A stretch of 32,000 nucleotides of DNA from Candidatus Heimdallarchaeota archaeon. Its GTDB lineage: Archaea; Asgardarchaeota; Heimdallarchaeia; Heimdallarchaeales; Kariarchaeaceae. Numbering within the stretch: the stretch's first letter is position 1; the number at the start of each line of letters is the position of its first letter. Shown piece by piece: positions 1 through 9,189 of the stretch. A program made the translations under genes and the position numbers. The notes under the pieces are model-generated. The model saw only the letters and a list, made by a program, of their open reading frames with translations. It ran no database searches and had not been told where the DNA came from. The DNA is taken from assembly GCA_030149205.1 (NCBI GenBank), contig JASBSB010000004.1, forward strand, positions 180,001-212,000. The letters are read 5' to 3'.

Positions 1-158
1 AGCCCTGGAGCTCCTTCTAAAAGAACATGTCCATCTGAAAGCAGACCTAAAATGACGAAATCTACTATATTCTCTTGCCCCACTATAACCTTACGGATTT
101 CATCCTTTATTTGAGATATTTTTGAATGAACCTCTTTAACCTTTGTGAGATTTGACAC
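1..158 (-). CDS. moxR: MoxR-family AAA+ ATPase, N-terminal fragment (runs off left edge)
   Basis: Not in the ORF track. Manual translation from GTG at 158 gives VSNLTKVKEVHSKISQIKDEIRKVIVGQENIVDFVILGLLSDGHVLLEGAPG, the typical MoxR start (VIVGQ...GHVLLEGxPG leading into Walker A). An in-frame TAG at 194-192 makes this GTG the only available start. Confidence 0.9.
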   Translation of the reverse strand, partial: MSNLTKVKEVHSKISQIKDEIRKVIVGQENIVDFVILGLLSDGHVLLEGAPG

Positions 159-180
159 AAATGATAATTTGATTGAACAA

Positions 181-187
181 TTATAAA
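181..187 (-). promoter_or_regulatory. Putative archaeal TATA box for moxR
   Basis: Minus strand reads TTTATAA 23-29 nt upstream of the GTG start, the spacing expected for a leaderless or short-leader archaeal transcript. AT-rich background limits specificity. Confidence 0.5.
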
Positions 188-232
188 GCTTCTATAATGT
201 CAAAATTAAAGATAAGAATTTTTCACTTTTTA

Positions 233-1309
233 TTAACCACCAAAAGCTGTTAAGATATTTCTATAAGCGTCAATCCCAGTTGTTAAAATTACAACCGTTC
301 CGGCTACCAAAATGAGTAGTGTCGAGATAAAACCTCGCTTGTTTGATGTATAATATTTATTAGCACCAAATCCTGGAAAAACCTCAACAAGGACGTACAT
401 TCCAAGTAAACTTGCAATTAATCTTAAAGTGACAATTAAAGAAGGATCACTAACGCTTGTAGATGTTAGATAAAAGATAAACCCAGCTATAACGATTAAA
501 TAATAAACAAACATACTTTCATCAGGGAATAACTTGGTGTAAAAGTATTCTTTCAAACTATAATCAACCTGTTGTTGTCCTCCCATAGGATTGGAGACAA
601 ATACTGCTACTGCGTCTTGTGTGAATTTCCGGTTTTTAAGATCAGGTTTCAAGTTAAATAATAAAATTGGAACAAAGAAGGAAGAACTTACGAGGGCAAT
701 TATTAAACCAAAGTATGAAATATTAAATTTAATATCAAACCCTTTTTGACGAATTCTATATCTGTATAGGTAAATAATTCCAAATGGAAGGGTTAGGTTT
801 AGCAAAATTGAGTATAAGATAACAAAAAAATTCGGAAAACTATTAATTACAATCATAAACCTAAACCATAATGAAATCCCTAGGATTAATCCAAGAAAAG
901 ACAAAGATTTTATTTCATCATTGGTAAAGAGTGGAGTGTCACCATATTTAGGTATTAGATTGTAAGGAATTGATGTGTCTGAAGCGATATACCACGGTGT
1001 TGTACTCTGGGTTTGCAATTGACTAGGAGGAATCATAGGAGAAGGGGATTCAGAAGGGATATAGCTGTTAGAAGAAGTAGGAGATCCAGATGGGATATAA
1101 CTAGAAGAGGGAGTTCCCTGCCCCCCCTTCAAATCAAATCCACATTTTGGGCAAAAGTTTTGGTTGGGATTTATAGAATTTTGGCAATTAGGACAGATAG
1201 CTTGACCTGCTTGTGGAAGTTCTGGTAGGGAAGAACCACATCTTTGACAAAATCGATCACCCTGTTGGTATATTTTACTACATACAGGGCACTTACCTGA
1301 GCTCAACAA
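233..1309 (-). CDS. Double zinc-ribbon protein with Ser/Pro linker and multi-pass membrane domain (degenerate M50/site-2-protease-like)
   Basis: Four CxxC pairs (CPVC, CQRC, CPNC, CPKC), then an S/P-rich repeat linker, then about 6 hydrophobic segments. The membrane part resembles archaeal M50 peptidases but has no HExxH. TTG start. Confidence 0.75.
   Translation of the reverse strand: MLSSGKCPVCSKIYQQGDRFCQRCGSSLPELPQAGQAICPNCQNSINPNQNFCPKCGFDLKGGQGTPSSSYIPSGSPTSSNSYIPSESPSPMIPPSQLQTQSTTPWYIASDTSIPYNLIPKYGDTPLFTNDEIKSLSFLGLILGISLWFRFMIVINSFPNFFVILYSILLNLTLPFGIIYLYRYRIRQKGFDIKFNISYFGLIIALVSSSFFVPILLFNLKPDLKNRKFTQDAVAVFVSNPMGGQQQVDYSLKEYFYTKLFPDESMFVYYLIVIAGFIFYLTSTSVSDPSLIVTLRLIASLLGMYVLVEVFPGFGANKYYTSNKRGFISTLLILVAGTVVILTTGIDAYRNILTAFGG
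1044..1102. repeat. Intragenic imperfect direct repeat, 36-bp period (SYIPSxSP x2)
   Basis: ggggattcagaagggatatagct (1044-1066) and ggagatccagatgggatataact (1080-1102) match at 19/23 positions. They encode SYIPSESP and SYIPSGSP on the minus strand. Confidence 0.85.
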
Positions 1310-1377
1310 TTCCCTAATTAAAATAAGTATTTTAATAGGTTCTATTCAAGCATCATAAATTTAGATAATTATCAACC

Positions 1378-2571
1378 TTATTTCTCTAAAACTGAGATTC
1401 CAGGCAGTTCCTTGCCAGAAAGTAGTTCAAGAGTTGCTCCTCCACCTGTTGAAAGATGTATTGGTGAATTATCAGGCAGAGTAAGATTTGATTTCTGAAG
1501 CATTTTATTGATTGCATAAACACTGTCACCTCCACCAATTATAGTTCTTACCTGTCTTTGTAGGATGAATTCAGCAACTTGTTCTGTCCCCTTAGCAAAA
1601 TTATCCACCTCAAAAACACCCATTGGACCATTCCAAAATATAGTTTCTGCTTTCTCAATCTCTTTTTTTATAAGGGATAAAGTTTCAGAACCAATATCTA
1701 CACCAATCATCCCTTCTGGAATTTCAGTAACCTTCACATATTTGATTTCTGAAGGCTCTTTAATAGAGTCTGAAACTACCACATCTTTTGGAAGAATAAG
1801 GGTCTTGCTCAATTTCTTGGCTTGGGATATAACCGACTCCGCTTCACCTAACATCTCCGCTTCTAAAAGTGAGTTTTTTACATCAATCCCCTGTGATTTG
1901 AGAAAGGTGAAGGCCATACCTCCACCAATTATAAAGGTATCAGCCTTATTTAGAAAATTTTGCACAACTGGTAGTTTATCAGAAACCTTTGCTCCTCCAA
2001 ATAGAGTTAAGACTGGCTTCTTTGGTTTGTCGAGAGCAGGAAGAATTGCATCTAATTCTTTTTTCACAAGGAGACCTGCGTAGGCTTTAAGATATCTCGC
2101 TATCCCAACTGTTGAAGCATGAGCTCTATGTAAAGAACCAAATGCATCATTGACAAAAATATCTCCAAATTTAGCTAATTGATTGCTAAGGATCGGATCA
2201 TTTTTCTTTTCACCTTCCACAAATCGAGTGTTTTCAAGAACCAAAATCTCACCAAAGCTTAATTCATTGTAAAGTTTTGTTGACTCTTCACCAACTAATT
2301 CTCTGGAAAATTGAACATTAACCTTAAGTAATTCACTCAAACGTTCAGCTACAGGTTTAAGAGATAAAGATAAGTCAATCCCCTTGGGTCTTCCCAGGTG
2401 TGAGATTAATACAATTTTACAATGTTTAGACAATAAGTAGTGAATAGTTGGCAGGGCTGCTTTTATTCTTGTATCATCATTTATGACCCCCTCCTTTATA
2501 GGAACGTTGAAATCCACTCTCATTAAAATAGATTTATTCTCAACATTAATATCCAAAATACTTTTGACCAT
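1378..2571 (-). CDS. pgk: Phosphoglycerate kinase (bacterial-type sequence)
   Basis: Motifs RVDFNVP, DDTRIKAALPTI, SHLGRP, LENTRF, NDAFGSLHRAHAS, GGAKVSDK, WNGPMGVFE, GGGDS and STGGGA...GKELPG. Confidence 0.97.
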   Translation of the reverse strand: MVKSILDINVENKSILMRVDFNVPIKEGVINDDTRIKAALPTIHYLLSKHCKIVLISHLGRPKGIDLSLSLKPVAERLSELLKVNVQFSRELVGEESTKLYNELSFGEILVLENTRFVEGEKKNDPILSNQLAKFGDIFVNDAFGSLHRAHASTVGIARYLKAYAGLLVKKELDAILPALDKPKKPVLTLFGGAKVSDKLPVVQNFLNKADTFIIGGGMAFTFLKSQGIDVKNSLLEAEMLGEAESVISQAKKLSKTLILPKDVVVSDSIKEPSEIKYVKVTEIPEGMIGVDIGSETLSLIKKEIEKAETIFWNGPMGVFEVDNFAKGTEQVAEFILQRQVRTIIGGGDSVYAINKMLQKSNLTLPDNSPIHLSTGGGATLELLSGKELPGISVLEK

Positions 2572-2832
2572 GGTTTTGCTTTGGCAATTTGTATTATAAA
2601 AGTAAAGTTAACCTCCTGATATTTTAATTCATATTCACTAAGATATTGAGAATAGGCTAAAATAGTAGAAATTCCAAATTTGAGTGTGTTTGAAGTTATT
2701 GAAGTTATTACTTTATAGGTTCAACTAATTATACTGCAAGAATAAAATTTAACAATGTTTAACAGATTTTCCTTGAAAAAGTCAAGACTAACAAGTAAGT
2801 TATATTAATGAAGGGTTAATCTTTAGTTAAGA

Positions 2833-5049
2833 ATGAGTGATGGCAAGCTTCACATAGGATATTCTATGAAAAATAATGAAGAGATCAGTTTACCTTTAAA
2901 GACATTAAAAAGACATTTCGCCGCCCTAGGTGCTTCAGGTTCTGGTAAAACGGTATTTGTTAAAGCTGTGCTTGAGGAATGTGTGCGAGAGGGTGTACCC
3001 CTTGTTCTGATTGATATTCAAGGTGATTTGGCAAGTATAGCTCTAATGGGGGATAAAAATACAGTGGAAGCGAAAGGTACCCCTAAATCTTATTGGGATG
3101 ATGTTCAAAAACAGGCGCAAGTCGCGATTTTTACACCTGCTAGCACAAAAGGTATACCTATCTCAATGAATCCACTGAAGGAACCACCAGAAAATTTGGA
3201 ACATGAGGATTTTATCCAGGCTGTGGATAGTGTTGCAGAAGCAATTGCTAGTATCTTAGGTTATAATACAGATAAGGGAAAAGGAAAAGATGTCCATTCT
3301 TATCTCTATCTTTTGTTGGAAGCTATCTGGGAGAAAGGGCGAACAATTAACTCATTTACAACCCTTGCAAATATTATGCTTGAGGATACTGAATTTTTGG
3401 ATCAATCTGCAATTTCAATTTTGAAAGAAAAAGATAAGGATGAGTTAATCAAGCAGGTCAGGTCACTTACAATCGGTACGGATTCTTTAATTTTTAATTT
3501 AGGAATGCCATTGGATATTGAACGGATGATGACTTGGGCTGACCCCGGGAAAACTCCTGTCAATGTTTTATATTTAAACACAATTCGAGATGAGGATACG
3601 AAACGAAATTTCATCGCGGATATTGCTAATCAAACCTATAATTTTATGTTGAGAAATCCCTCAGAAGAAGTACAACTTGTCTTTTTATTAGATGAGTTAG
3701 CAGGTTTAGTTCCACCAATAGGAAACCCACCCACTAAGAAAAGTATCCAATTGCTATTGAAGCAGGCGAGGAAATATGGTGTTTCCCTCCTTTTAGCTAC
3801 TCAAAATATTACTGATGTTGATTACAAATCATTGGGGCAGGTTGGAACATGGGCTTTAGGTAGATTTATGGCTAAACAGGACATTGAAAAGGTTAGAGCA
3901 ATTATTGAGGCAATCAGCCCTAATGAAGTTGAAAAAATAACCTCTGAATTGAGGAGATTAAAAACTGGTCAGTTCATGCTCTTAGCTCCAGATGTATATG
4001 ATCAGGTACAGTTTATGAGAGTCCGATGGTTAGTTACTAACCATATAACATTGGATGAGGAAAAGGTTAAAAGAATCATGGACGAATCTGGTATTAGAAA
4101 CAGATTTCCTGAGCCTAACTTTAAACGAAGAAAACCTGATGAACCAGAAGAAAATGAACAAACACTTGAGGAAGAACTTCAGGAAGATCAACTTATAAAA
4201 ACTAAAGACGAATTGACTGCGATCCCCAAAATGAGCGAAGTTAAGGATTTAGAGAAAACATTAGAAGACGAACCAATCGTATTAAGTATTGAAGATATTT
4301 CATATCAGTTAGATTTACCTGAAAAAGAATCGGAAAAACTAGTTCAAACCCTCCTAAAGGAAAACAAACTTGAAAAAGAAGAGATCGAAGGAGTAACTCT
4401 CTATTGGTCAAAGAAGCATGAGATGGATCCGTCTCGAAATATTGTGGGACCCCTATTTCGAGCACATCTTGAGATACCCAAGGGAAAAGCAGAGTCAATT
4501 GTTGATAAGAATATTCCAAAGGATCTATGGAAAAAGAGGGAAATTATAGTTGATAATAAAACAAAATTGTTCTATCTACCTCTTTGGAGAATATCTACCG
4601 TTGAAATAGTTACAGAGACAAGAGGAGGTGGATTGTTTAAGAAGAAAATAGCAATTCAAAAAGAAGTAAAAGTTGTTCATTATGTTAATGGATTGACCGG
4701 AGAAATCACTCATCTTGAAAAAGATAAAAAAGAGACATCGTTACTGTTTAAAAAATCAGGAATTCAATCAAAGAAAGATATCAATCCTTTGGGAAAGGAA
4801 ATCAAGTTTGAGAAAGAAGTATTATCGGGTTTGACTGCAGCAGACACCCCTCCTAAACTTAATCGTGAACAGGCAAAAAAAGAATTAATTAAACTCCTTG
4901 GTGCTCATATAGATAAAGATACTATTTCTTCTATTGTTTGGTTCCCTATCTGGTCTTTCACCAAATGGGATGAAGCTAAACAGATGAATTCTTACGCATG
5001 GGTAGAAGGAATTTTTGGAACATATTATGAAGATAACCCCCTTAATTGA
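2833..5049 (+). CDS. HerA/FtsK-superfamily ATPase (DUF87/DUF853-like) with winged helix and duplicated C-terminal module
   Basis: RHFAALGASGSGKT (Walker A), LIDIQGD, FLLDE (Walker B) and ARKYGVSLLLATQ (arginine finger and sensor TQ). An acidic linker, an HTH-like segment and a twice-repeated xPxW...V(N/E)GxxG module follow. Confidence 0.85.
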   Translation: MSDGKLHIGYSMKNNEEISLPLKTLKRHFAALGASGSGKTVFVKAVLEECVREGVPLVLIDIQGDLASIALMGDKNTVEAKGTPKSYWDDVQKQAQVAIFTPASTKGIPISMNPLKEPPENLEHEDFIQAVDSVAEAIASILGYNTDKGKGKDVHSYLYLLLEAIWEKGRTINSFTTLANIMLEDTEFLDQSAISILKEKDKDELIKQVRSLTIGTDSLIFNLGMPLDIERMMTWADPGKTPVNVLYLNTIRDEDTKRNFIADIANQTYNFMLRNPSEEVQLVFLLDELAGLVPPIGNPPTKKSIQLLLKQARKYGVSLLLATQNITDVDYKSLGQVGTWALGRFMAKQDIEKVRAIIEAISPNEVEKITSELRRLKTGQFMLLAPDVYDQVQFMRVRWLVTNHITLDEEKVKRIMDESGIRNRFPEPNFKRRKPDEPEENEQTLEEELQEDQLIKTKDELTAIPKMSEVKDLEKTLEDEPIVLSIEDISYQLDLPEKESEKLVQTLLKENKLEKEEIEGVTLYWSKKHEMDPSRNIVGPLFRAHLEIPKGKAESIVDKNIPKDLWKKREIIVDNKTKLFYLPLWRISTVEIVTETRGGGLFKKKIAIQKEVKVVHYVNGLTGEITHLEKDKKETSLLFKKSGIQSKKDINPLGKEIKFEKEVLSGLTAADTPPKLNREQAKKELIKLLGAHIDKDTISSIVWFPIWSFTKWDEAKQMNSYAWVEGIFGTYYEDNPLN

Positions 5050-5178
5050 TAATTTATGTAAGTAAGATAATACAGGTTTTTTTAAAAATGGATAAAATTT
5101 TGGTTGTTCTTACCATTTTTTTAAGTTGAAGCAAACAAGATTTATCAAGCAGTAATCTTTCAGAAACAAGGAAAGCAA

Positions 5179-6189
5179 ATGACTGACAGCAATCAGAGTT
5201 CAGAGACACCTCAAGAGCCCAAGAAATCAAAATATCGATTTGACCCTTCTGACGGGATTGATATGAATGATTTTCTTGGGATTTTTGTTGGAATATACAA
5301 GTTCTTCAAAATTATTGTTTTAATCATTATAAGCCCACTTACCTGGATATTTAATGAAAACATTAGAATGATAAAATTCTTTAGAGCAGAAACAACGACT
5401 GAACCAATGAATACTAATGAGAAGTTGTTTTTTGAATCTATTCCCACAATATTTACAATAACAGGATTGACAAGTGGATTGATATTAGGGATCTTTGTTG
5501 CAATTTCTTTAAGAGATACCATAGACCAGTTTTTTAGAAATATAAATTTCATTGACTTCTTTTATTGGATAGGAGACATCATCAGAAATTTTTGGTTTGG
5601 AATTGTGTGGATATTTACCCAGCTTGATTACTTCTTTAATTCACTTTCAAAACTTGTGACTGACACAATAACATTTGTACAAACTAATTCATTATTGGCT
5701 TTTATTGTATTATTCCTTGTTGGGCTAGTAGTAATTATTCTGTTTGTTGTTTTTAATGAAACTAAAGGTTTTGATTTCGTTATCAACTTTGTTTCGATGA
5801 TCTATAATAAAATCATTGGGTCACCAGAATTATTTAAAATTAGAATGATAAATCTCTATAGGAAATTTAATCATCTAATTTCAAGGATAGTTGTTGGAGA
5901 AGAAAGACTCAACACAAGAACACTTCAATACTTTCAAAAAGTCACATGGTATACCATTTTAGGGTCTGCATGGGCTTATCTGGCGGGATTGATTGTTGCG
6001 ATTAACAATGCTGTGAGTCAGACTAATACATTTGACAAGGTTGCATTTGTAACATTGGTCTTATTCTCTGCAGGCTTTATTTCAGGATTATTTCTATTAG
6101 GTCTTTTTGCAAGATTACTAGATGTCTTCAAAAGAGGTAAATACATTGCAGAATCAACAAAAGGTGGTTCTGAAACAGCAGAAGCATAG
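5179..6189 (+). CDS. Multi-pass membrane protein of unknown function
   Basis: 336-aa ORF with ATG start and about 5-6 hydrophobic segments (e.g. LLAFIVLFLVGLVVIILFVVF). No recognised motif. Confidence 0.75.
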   Translation: MTDSNQSSETPQEPKKSKYRFDPSDGIDMNDFLGIFVGIYKFFKIIVLIIISPLTWIFNENIRMIKFFRAETTTEPMNTNEKLFFESIPTIFTITGLTSGLILGIFVAISLRDTIDQFFRNINFIDFFYWIGDIIRNFWFGIVWIFTQLDYFFNSLSKLVTDTITFVQTNSLLAFIVLFLVGLVVIILFVVFNETKGFDFVINFVSMIYNKIIGSPELFKIRMINLYRKFNHLISRIVVGEERLNTRTLQYFQKVTWYTILGSAWAYLAGLIVAINNAVSQTNTFDKVAFVTLVLFSAGFISGLFLLGLFARLLDVFKRGKYIAESTKGGSETAEA

Positions 6190-6209
6190 GATTAAATTTT
6201 TAATTAGAC

Positions 6210-7481
6210 TTACTTATCTTGTAGATATTCAATCAAATCATCCTTAATTCCTCTTAATATTGCCTTTGAAAGATCTAAAGGCTCATGGACATTAACAAGT
6301 CTTTTCCTGAGAATAAAATTTAATCCTTGATAATTATCAATTATATTTTCAGCTTTCATTTTATAAAAAATGATTATTATTGTGGTTTTGTTAATGTCAA
6401 GATACCCTTCGGTCTTATCACTCAGAATCATGAATATTGAAGAGAGATCTGTTCTATTAGAAACAGGAAGAGGTCCGAATATGTTTCGTTCAAAGCTTTT
6501 GGCTTGGTTTAGAAGAGAAAAATAGAAGATTGCTGATTTTAATAGGTCTTCCTCTGCTATGAATCCCTTCTCTCCAACGAAATATTGAATTGAAGGTCCT
6601 AACTCACCAAAATATGAGGAAGCAATAGCAATACTTGATGAATAATTTTGTTCGATCCTTTGGAGATTCGTGAGAAGTTTATTAAAATTTATTGAGGGGG
6701 GAGTGGGAAGACCGAGCTCCTCAGGTTGAATTTGCATGAAAAACCTCTTTGTTTGATTTCTTGACGTCAATAGCATAACAGCACTTTCAAAAATTGCCTT
6801 GATAAAATCTTCTGGATAAACGTACCTTAATTCTTCTCTTAAATCAAAAGGTATTGTTTTCAATGCATCTAAAACTTCTCTCTCTGAATAATTACCCCAA
6901 ATTTCTTCTTTTGCTGTTAGATCAAAGGTGTCAATACTCAGTTCAAAATATGGTGAAAGCTTAGAAGGGTAACTGTTTAAAATTGAGAAAATTTGGGATT
7001 TGATTACTTTTCTCACATTAATAGAAGTAATCGCCAATAGCTCCTTCAAAAACAAGGATACTACATTTGTACAAAGTTCTATTTTTGATAGGTTCATAGC
7101 CGTTGGTATATAATAAGAATCTCTAATTTTTGTGAGAACAGTCAAAAGAGCTTCATCTTCTATAGGCTTCTTTAAGTAATCAACTGCCCCATAATCCAGG
7201 GCAAGCTTAATTAGTTCATCTTCTGCTAATCCAGAAAGAACGATTACATTTGTGTGAGGTTTTTCCTCTAAAATCTTTTTCAGTACTTCAATCCCAGATT
7301 TCCTTGGTAAAATAATATCTAGGAAGACTAAATCAAAATTTAAATTAAATATTTGAGGAATTGTTGATTCATAACTATCAAAAATCTGTACAACATTGTG
7401 ACCTAATCCCTTTATTTTTTCATTCAATAACTTTTGAATGAACATAGAATCATCAATTACTATACAATTTAATTCTGACAA
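6210..7481 (-). CDS. Response-regulator receiver domain fused to a C-terminal uDENN/longin-like domain
   Basis: Receiver residues are intact: D10-D11, D55 (FLDIILP), S83 and K105-P106. The C-terminus has SYFGELGPSIQY and IFGPLPV, resembling the uDENN first strand (F-x-x-x-x-GP) and, from memory, Asgard uDENN-like proteins. The TTG start is forced by an in-frame TGA two codons upstream. Confidence 0.8.
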   Translation of the reverse strand: MSELNCIVIDDSMFIQKLLNEKIKGLGHNVVQIFDSYESTIPQIFNLNFDLVFLDIILPRKSGIEVLKKILEEKPHTNVIVLSGLAEDELIKLALDYGAVDYLKKPIEDEALLTVLTKIRDSYYIPTAMNLSKIELCTNVVSLFLKELLAITSINVRKVIKSQIFSILNSYPSKLSPYFELSIDTFDLTAKEEIWGNYSEREVLDALKTIPFDLREELRYVYPEDFIKAIFESAVMLLTSRNQTKRFFMQIQPEELGLPTPPSINFNKLLTNLQRIEQNYSSSIAIASSYFGELGPSIQYFVGEKGFIAEEDLLKSAIFYFSLLNQAKSFERNIFGPLPVSNRTDLSSIFMILSDKTEGYLDINKTTIIIIFYKMKAENIIDNYQGLNFILRKRLVNVHEPLDLSKAILRGIKDDLIEYLQDK

Positions 7482-7595
7482 TTTTCATTTTTACTTCGTT
7501 CTTAAAACTACTTAAACTATCGGAAATCTTCACTAATAAATACAGATTCAGACTAAAATATAAGTTTCTCTTTATTTTTGCTTTAATTTAATATT

Positions 7596-9107
7596 TCAAT
7601 CAGTTCCTATCACAGGTTCCTTTTCAGAATTTATTGACGGTTCTTTTTTAAGAGTATGGCTTGGGAGTTTTAAAATTCCAAAAACCAACCCAGCAACAAG
7701 TAGAAGTTCAAACAACACGAACCCCACCAATAATGCAAGATCAGCGTTATGAATTACCCCTAAGAAATTCAATAAAGCAAAGAATCCAATGAAGAGACCA
7801 CCTCCTAAGATCCCTATAATTTCACCTGAAGCTATTACAAAGTGGTATCCGGACATGACATGGCCATCCTCCTTCTCACCATCCTTAGCAGTCTCTCCTA
7901 ATGAACCCATTAAGACGGGTATAAAGGCTGAAAAGAAGAAAATAGATGGAACTAATGACAATAAGAAAGGAATATTGCTAATTATCGATGCTTGTTTTGA
8001 CAATAACCCTGCTCGGTAAAAGGGGAAGCCCACAGCTAAACCAATCACTAAAAATATGGGGGACCCAAATAAGCCAATCTTCATAGTTCTAAACTTATCA
8101 TGACGATCAGCGTACCATCCCCAAAGTGGAGCAGGTAGAGCAAGTGCAACAAGAATGAACATTATAGGCAAGATAGCCTCCAAACCTCTTGAATTTGAAT
8201 GGGCATTTGAGGATCCTGCAACCCTAAATGCAACACTTGGTCCCCAAACGGATGCAGAACCAATCAATGCAGCGATAGAAATCCAAGGTAGTAAAAGATG
8301 TCTTCTATCTTTTTCCATCATGACTGAGTATGCAATCTTCATATCTTTTTTAAGGGAAAATTTGTTTGGAACATCCTTTTTAGGAATATCTTCAATTCCC
8401 CAGTAAATCAAAAGAGTTGCTATTAATAATAGAACTGCCAAAGGAAGATAAGTGGCTGAAATAAGTTCTGATTGCACTGTGAGGTTTTTTGTCCCATCAA
8501 CACCAAACGCAACCCACAGTAGTCCGCCAAGAATCATTCCTCCTGCCCTACCATATAATATTGCATTATCATAATAGGACATATGTAAAGTTCGGTTGCT
8601 AAGATCGGAGTGGTGATTGATAAAACCTAATGTAGGAGCAACTTTTGCCGCAGCAAAAATTCCATGAATAAAGTGTATCAATGCTAAAAAGGCAGTTAAC
8701 ATCAGGATTCCTGTGTAAGGGTGAGCTTGATAACTAAACCTGTATACTATTGATGCCGGAGTGTATAATAAAACAACAAACATGGAACCAAAGGTTGCCC
8801 ATAATACAACAGGTCTTGCACCTATACGATCTGATTTGTTTCCGTAGTAACCGGTAAGCATAATTTCAGCTATCAGATAAGTGATAGCGGCAAATGAGGT
8901 CAAAAGAATTGATTCCACACTAGAATGTGCAGCTACACCTAATGAAAGCTCAATTCCCCAGACCAGCGTCCAATCAAAAATTACTAAGATTGCACCAAAC
9001 CCGACACGCAGTAAAAAGGTTGCAATTATGAGCAACCAAATCTGAGTTGAGATGGGAGTTTTATGATGTGCGACCTCAGCGTTAACTGTAGCCATAATTC
9101 CTCTCAT
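7596..9107 (-). CDS. MFS transporter
   Basis: About 12 hydrophobic segments, with MFS motif A in both halves (GNKSDRIGARPV and GWYADRHDKFR). Substrate not inferable. Confidence 0.85.
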   Translation of the reverse strand: MRGIMATVNAEVAHHKTPISTQIWLLIIATFLLRVGFGAILVIFDWTLVWGIELSLGVAAHSSVESILLTSFAAITYLIAEIMLTGYYGNKSDRIGARPVVLWATFGSMFVVLLYTPASIVYRFSYQAHPYTGILMLTAFLALIHFIHGIFAAAKVAPTLGFINHHSDLSNRTLHMSYYDNAILYGRAGGMILGGLLWVAFGVDGTKNLTVQSELISATYLPLAVLLLIATLLIYWGIEDIPKKDVPNKFSLKKDMKIAYSVMMEKDRRHLLLPWISIAALIGSASVWGPSVAFRVAGSSNAHSNSRGLEAILPIMFILVALALPAPLWGWYADRHDKFRTMKIGLFGSPIFLVIGLAVGFPFYRAGLLSKQASIISNIPFLLSLVPSIFFFSAFIPVLMGSLGETAKDGEKEDGHVMSGYHFVIASGEIIGILGGGLFIGFFALLNFLGVIHNADLALLVGFVLFELLLVAGLVFGILKLPSHTLKKEPSINSEKEPVIGTD

Positions 9108-9189
9108 TTTTGTTCATATTTATACATCACTATAAAGATTGAAGGAAAAACTTGAAATTAAATTTTATCTTGTTTTAATAACTGATATT

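Noticed and set aside
7596-9107. MFS transporter as a riboflavin transporter
   Set aside because: It is separated from rib genes by unrelated genes and has no sequence feature indicating substrate.
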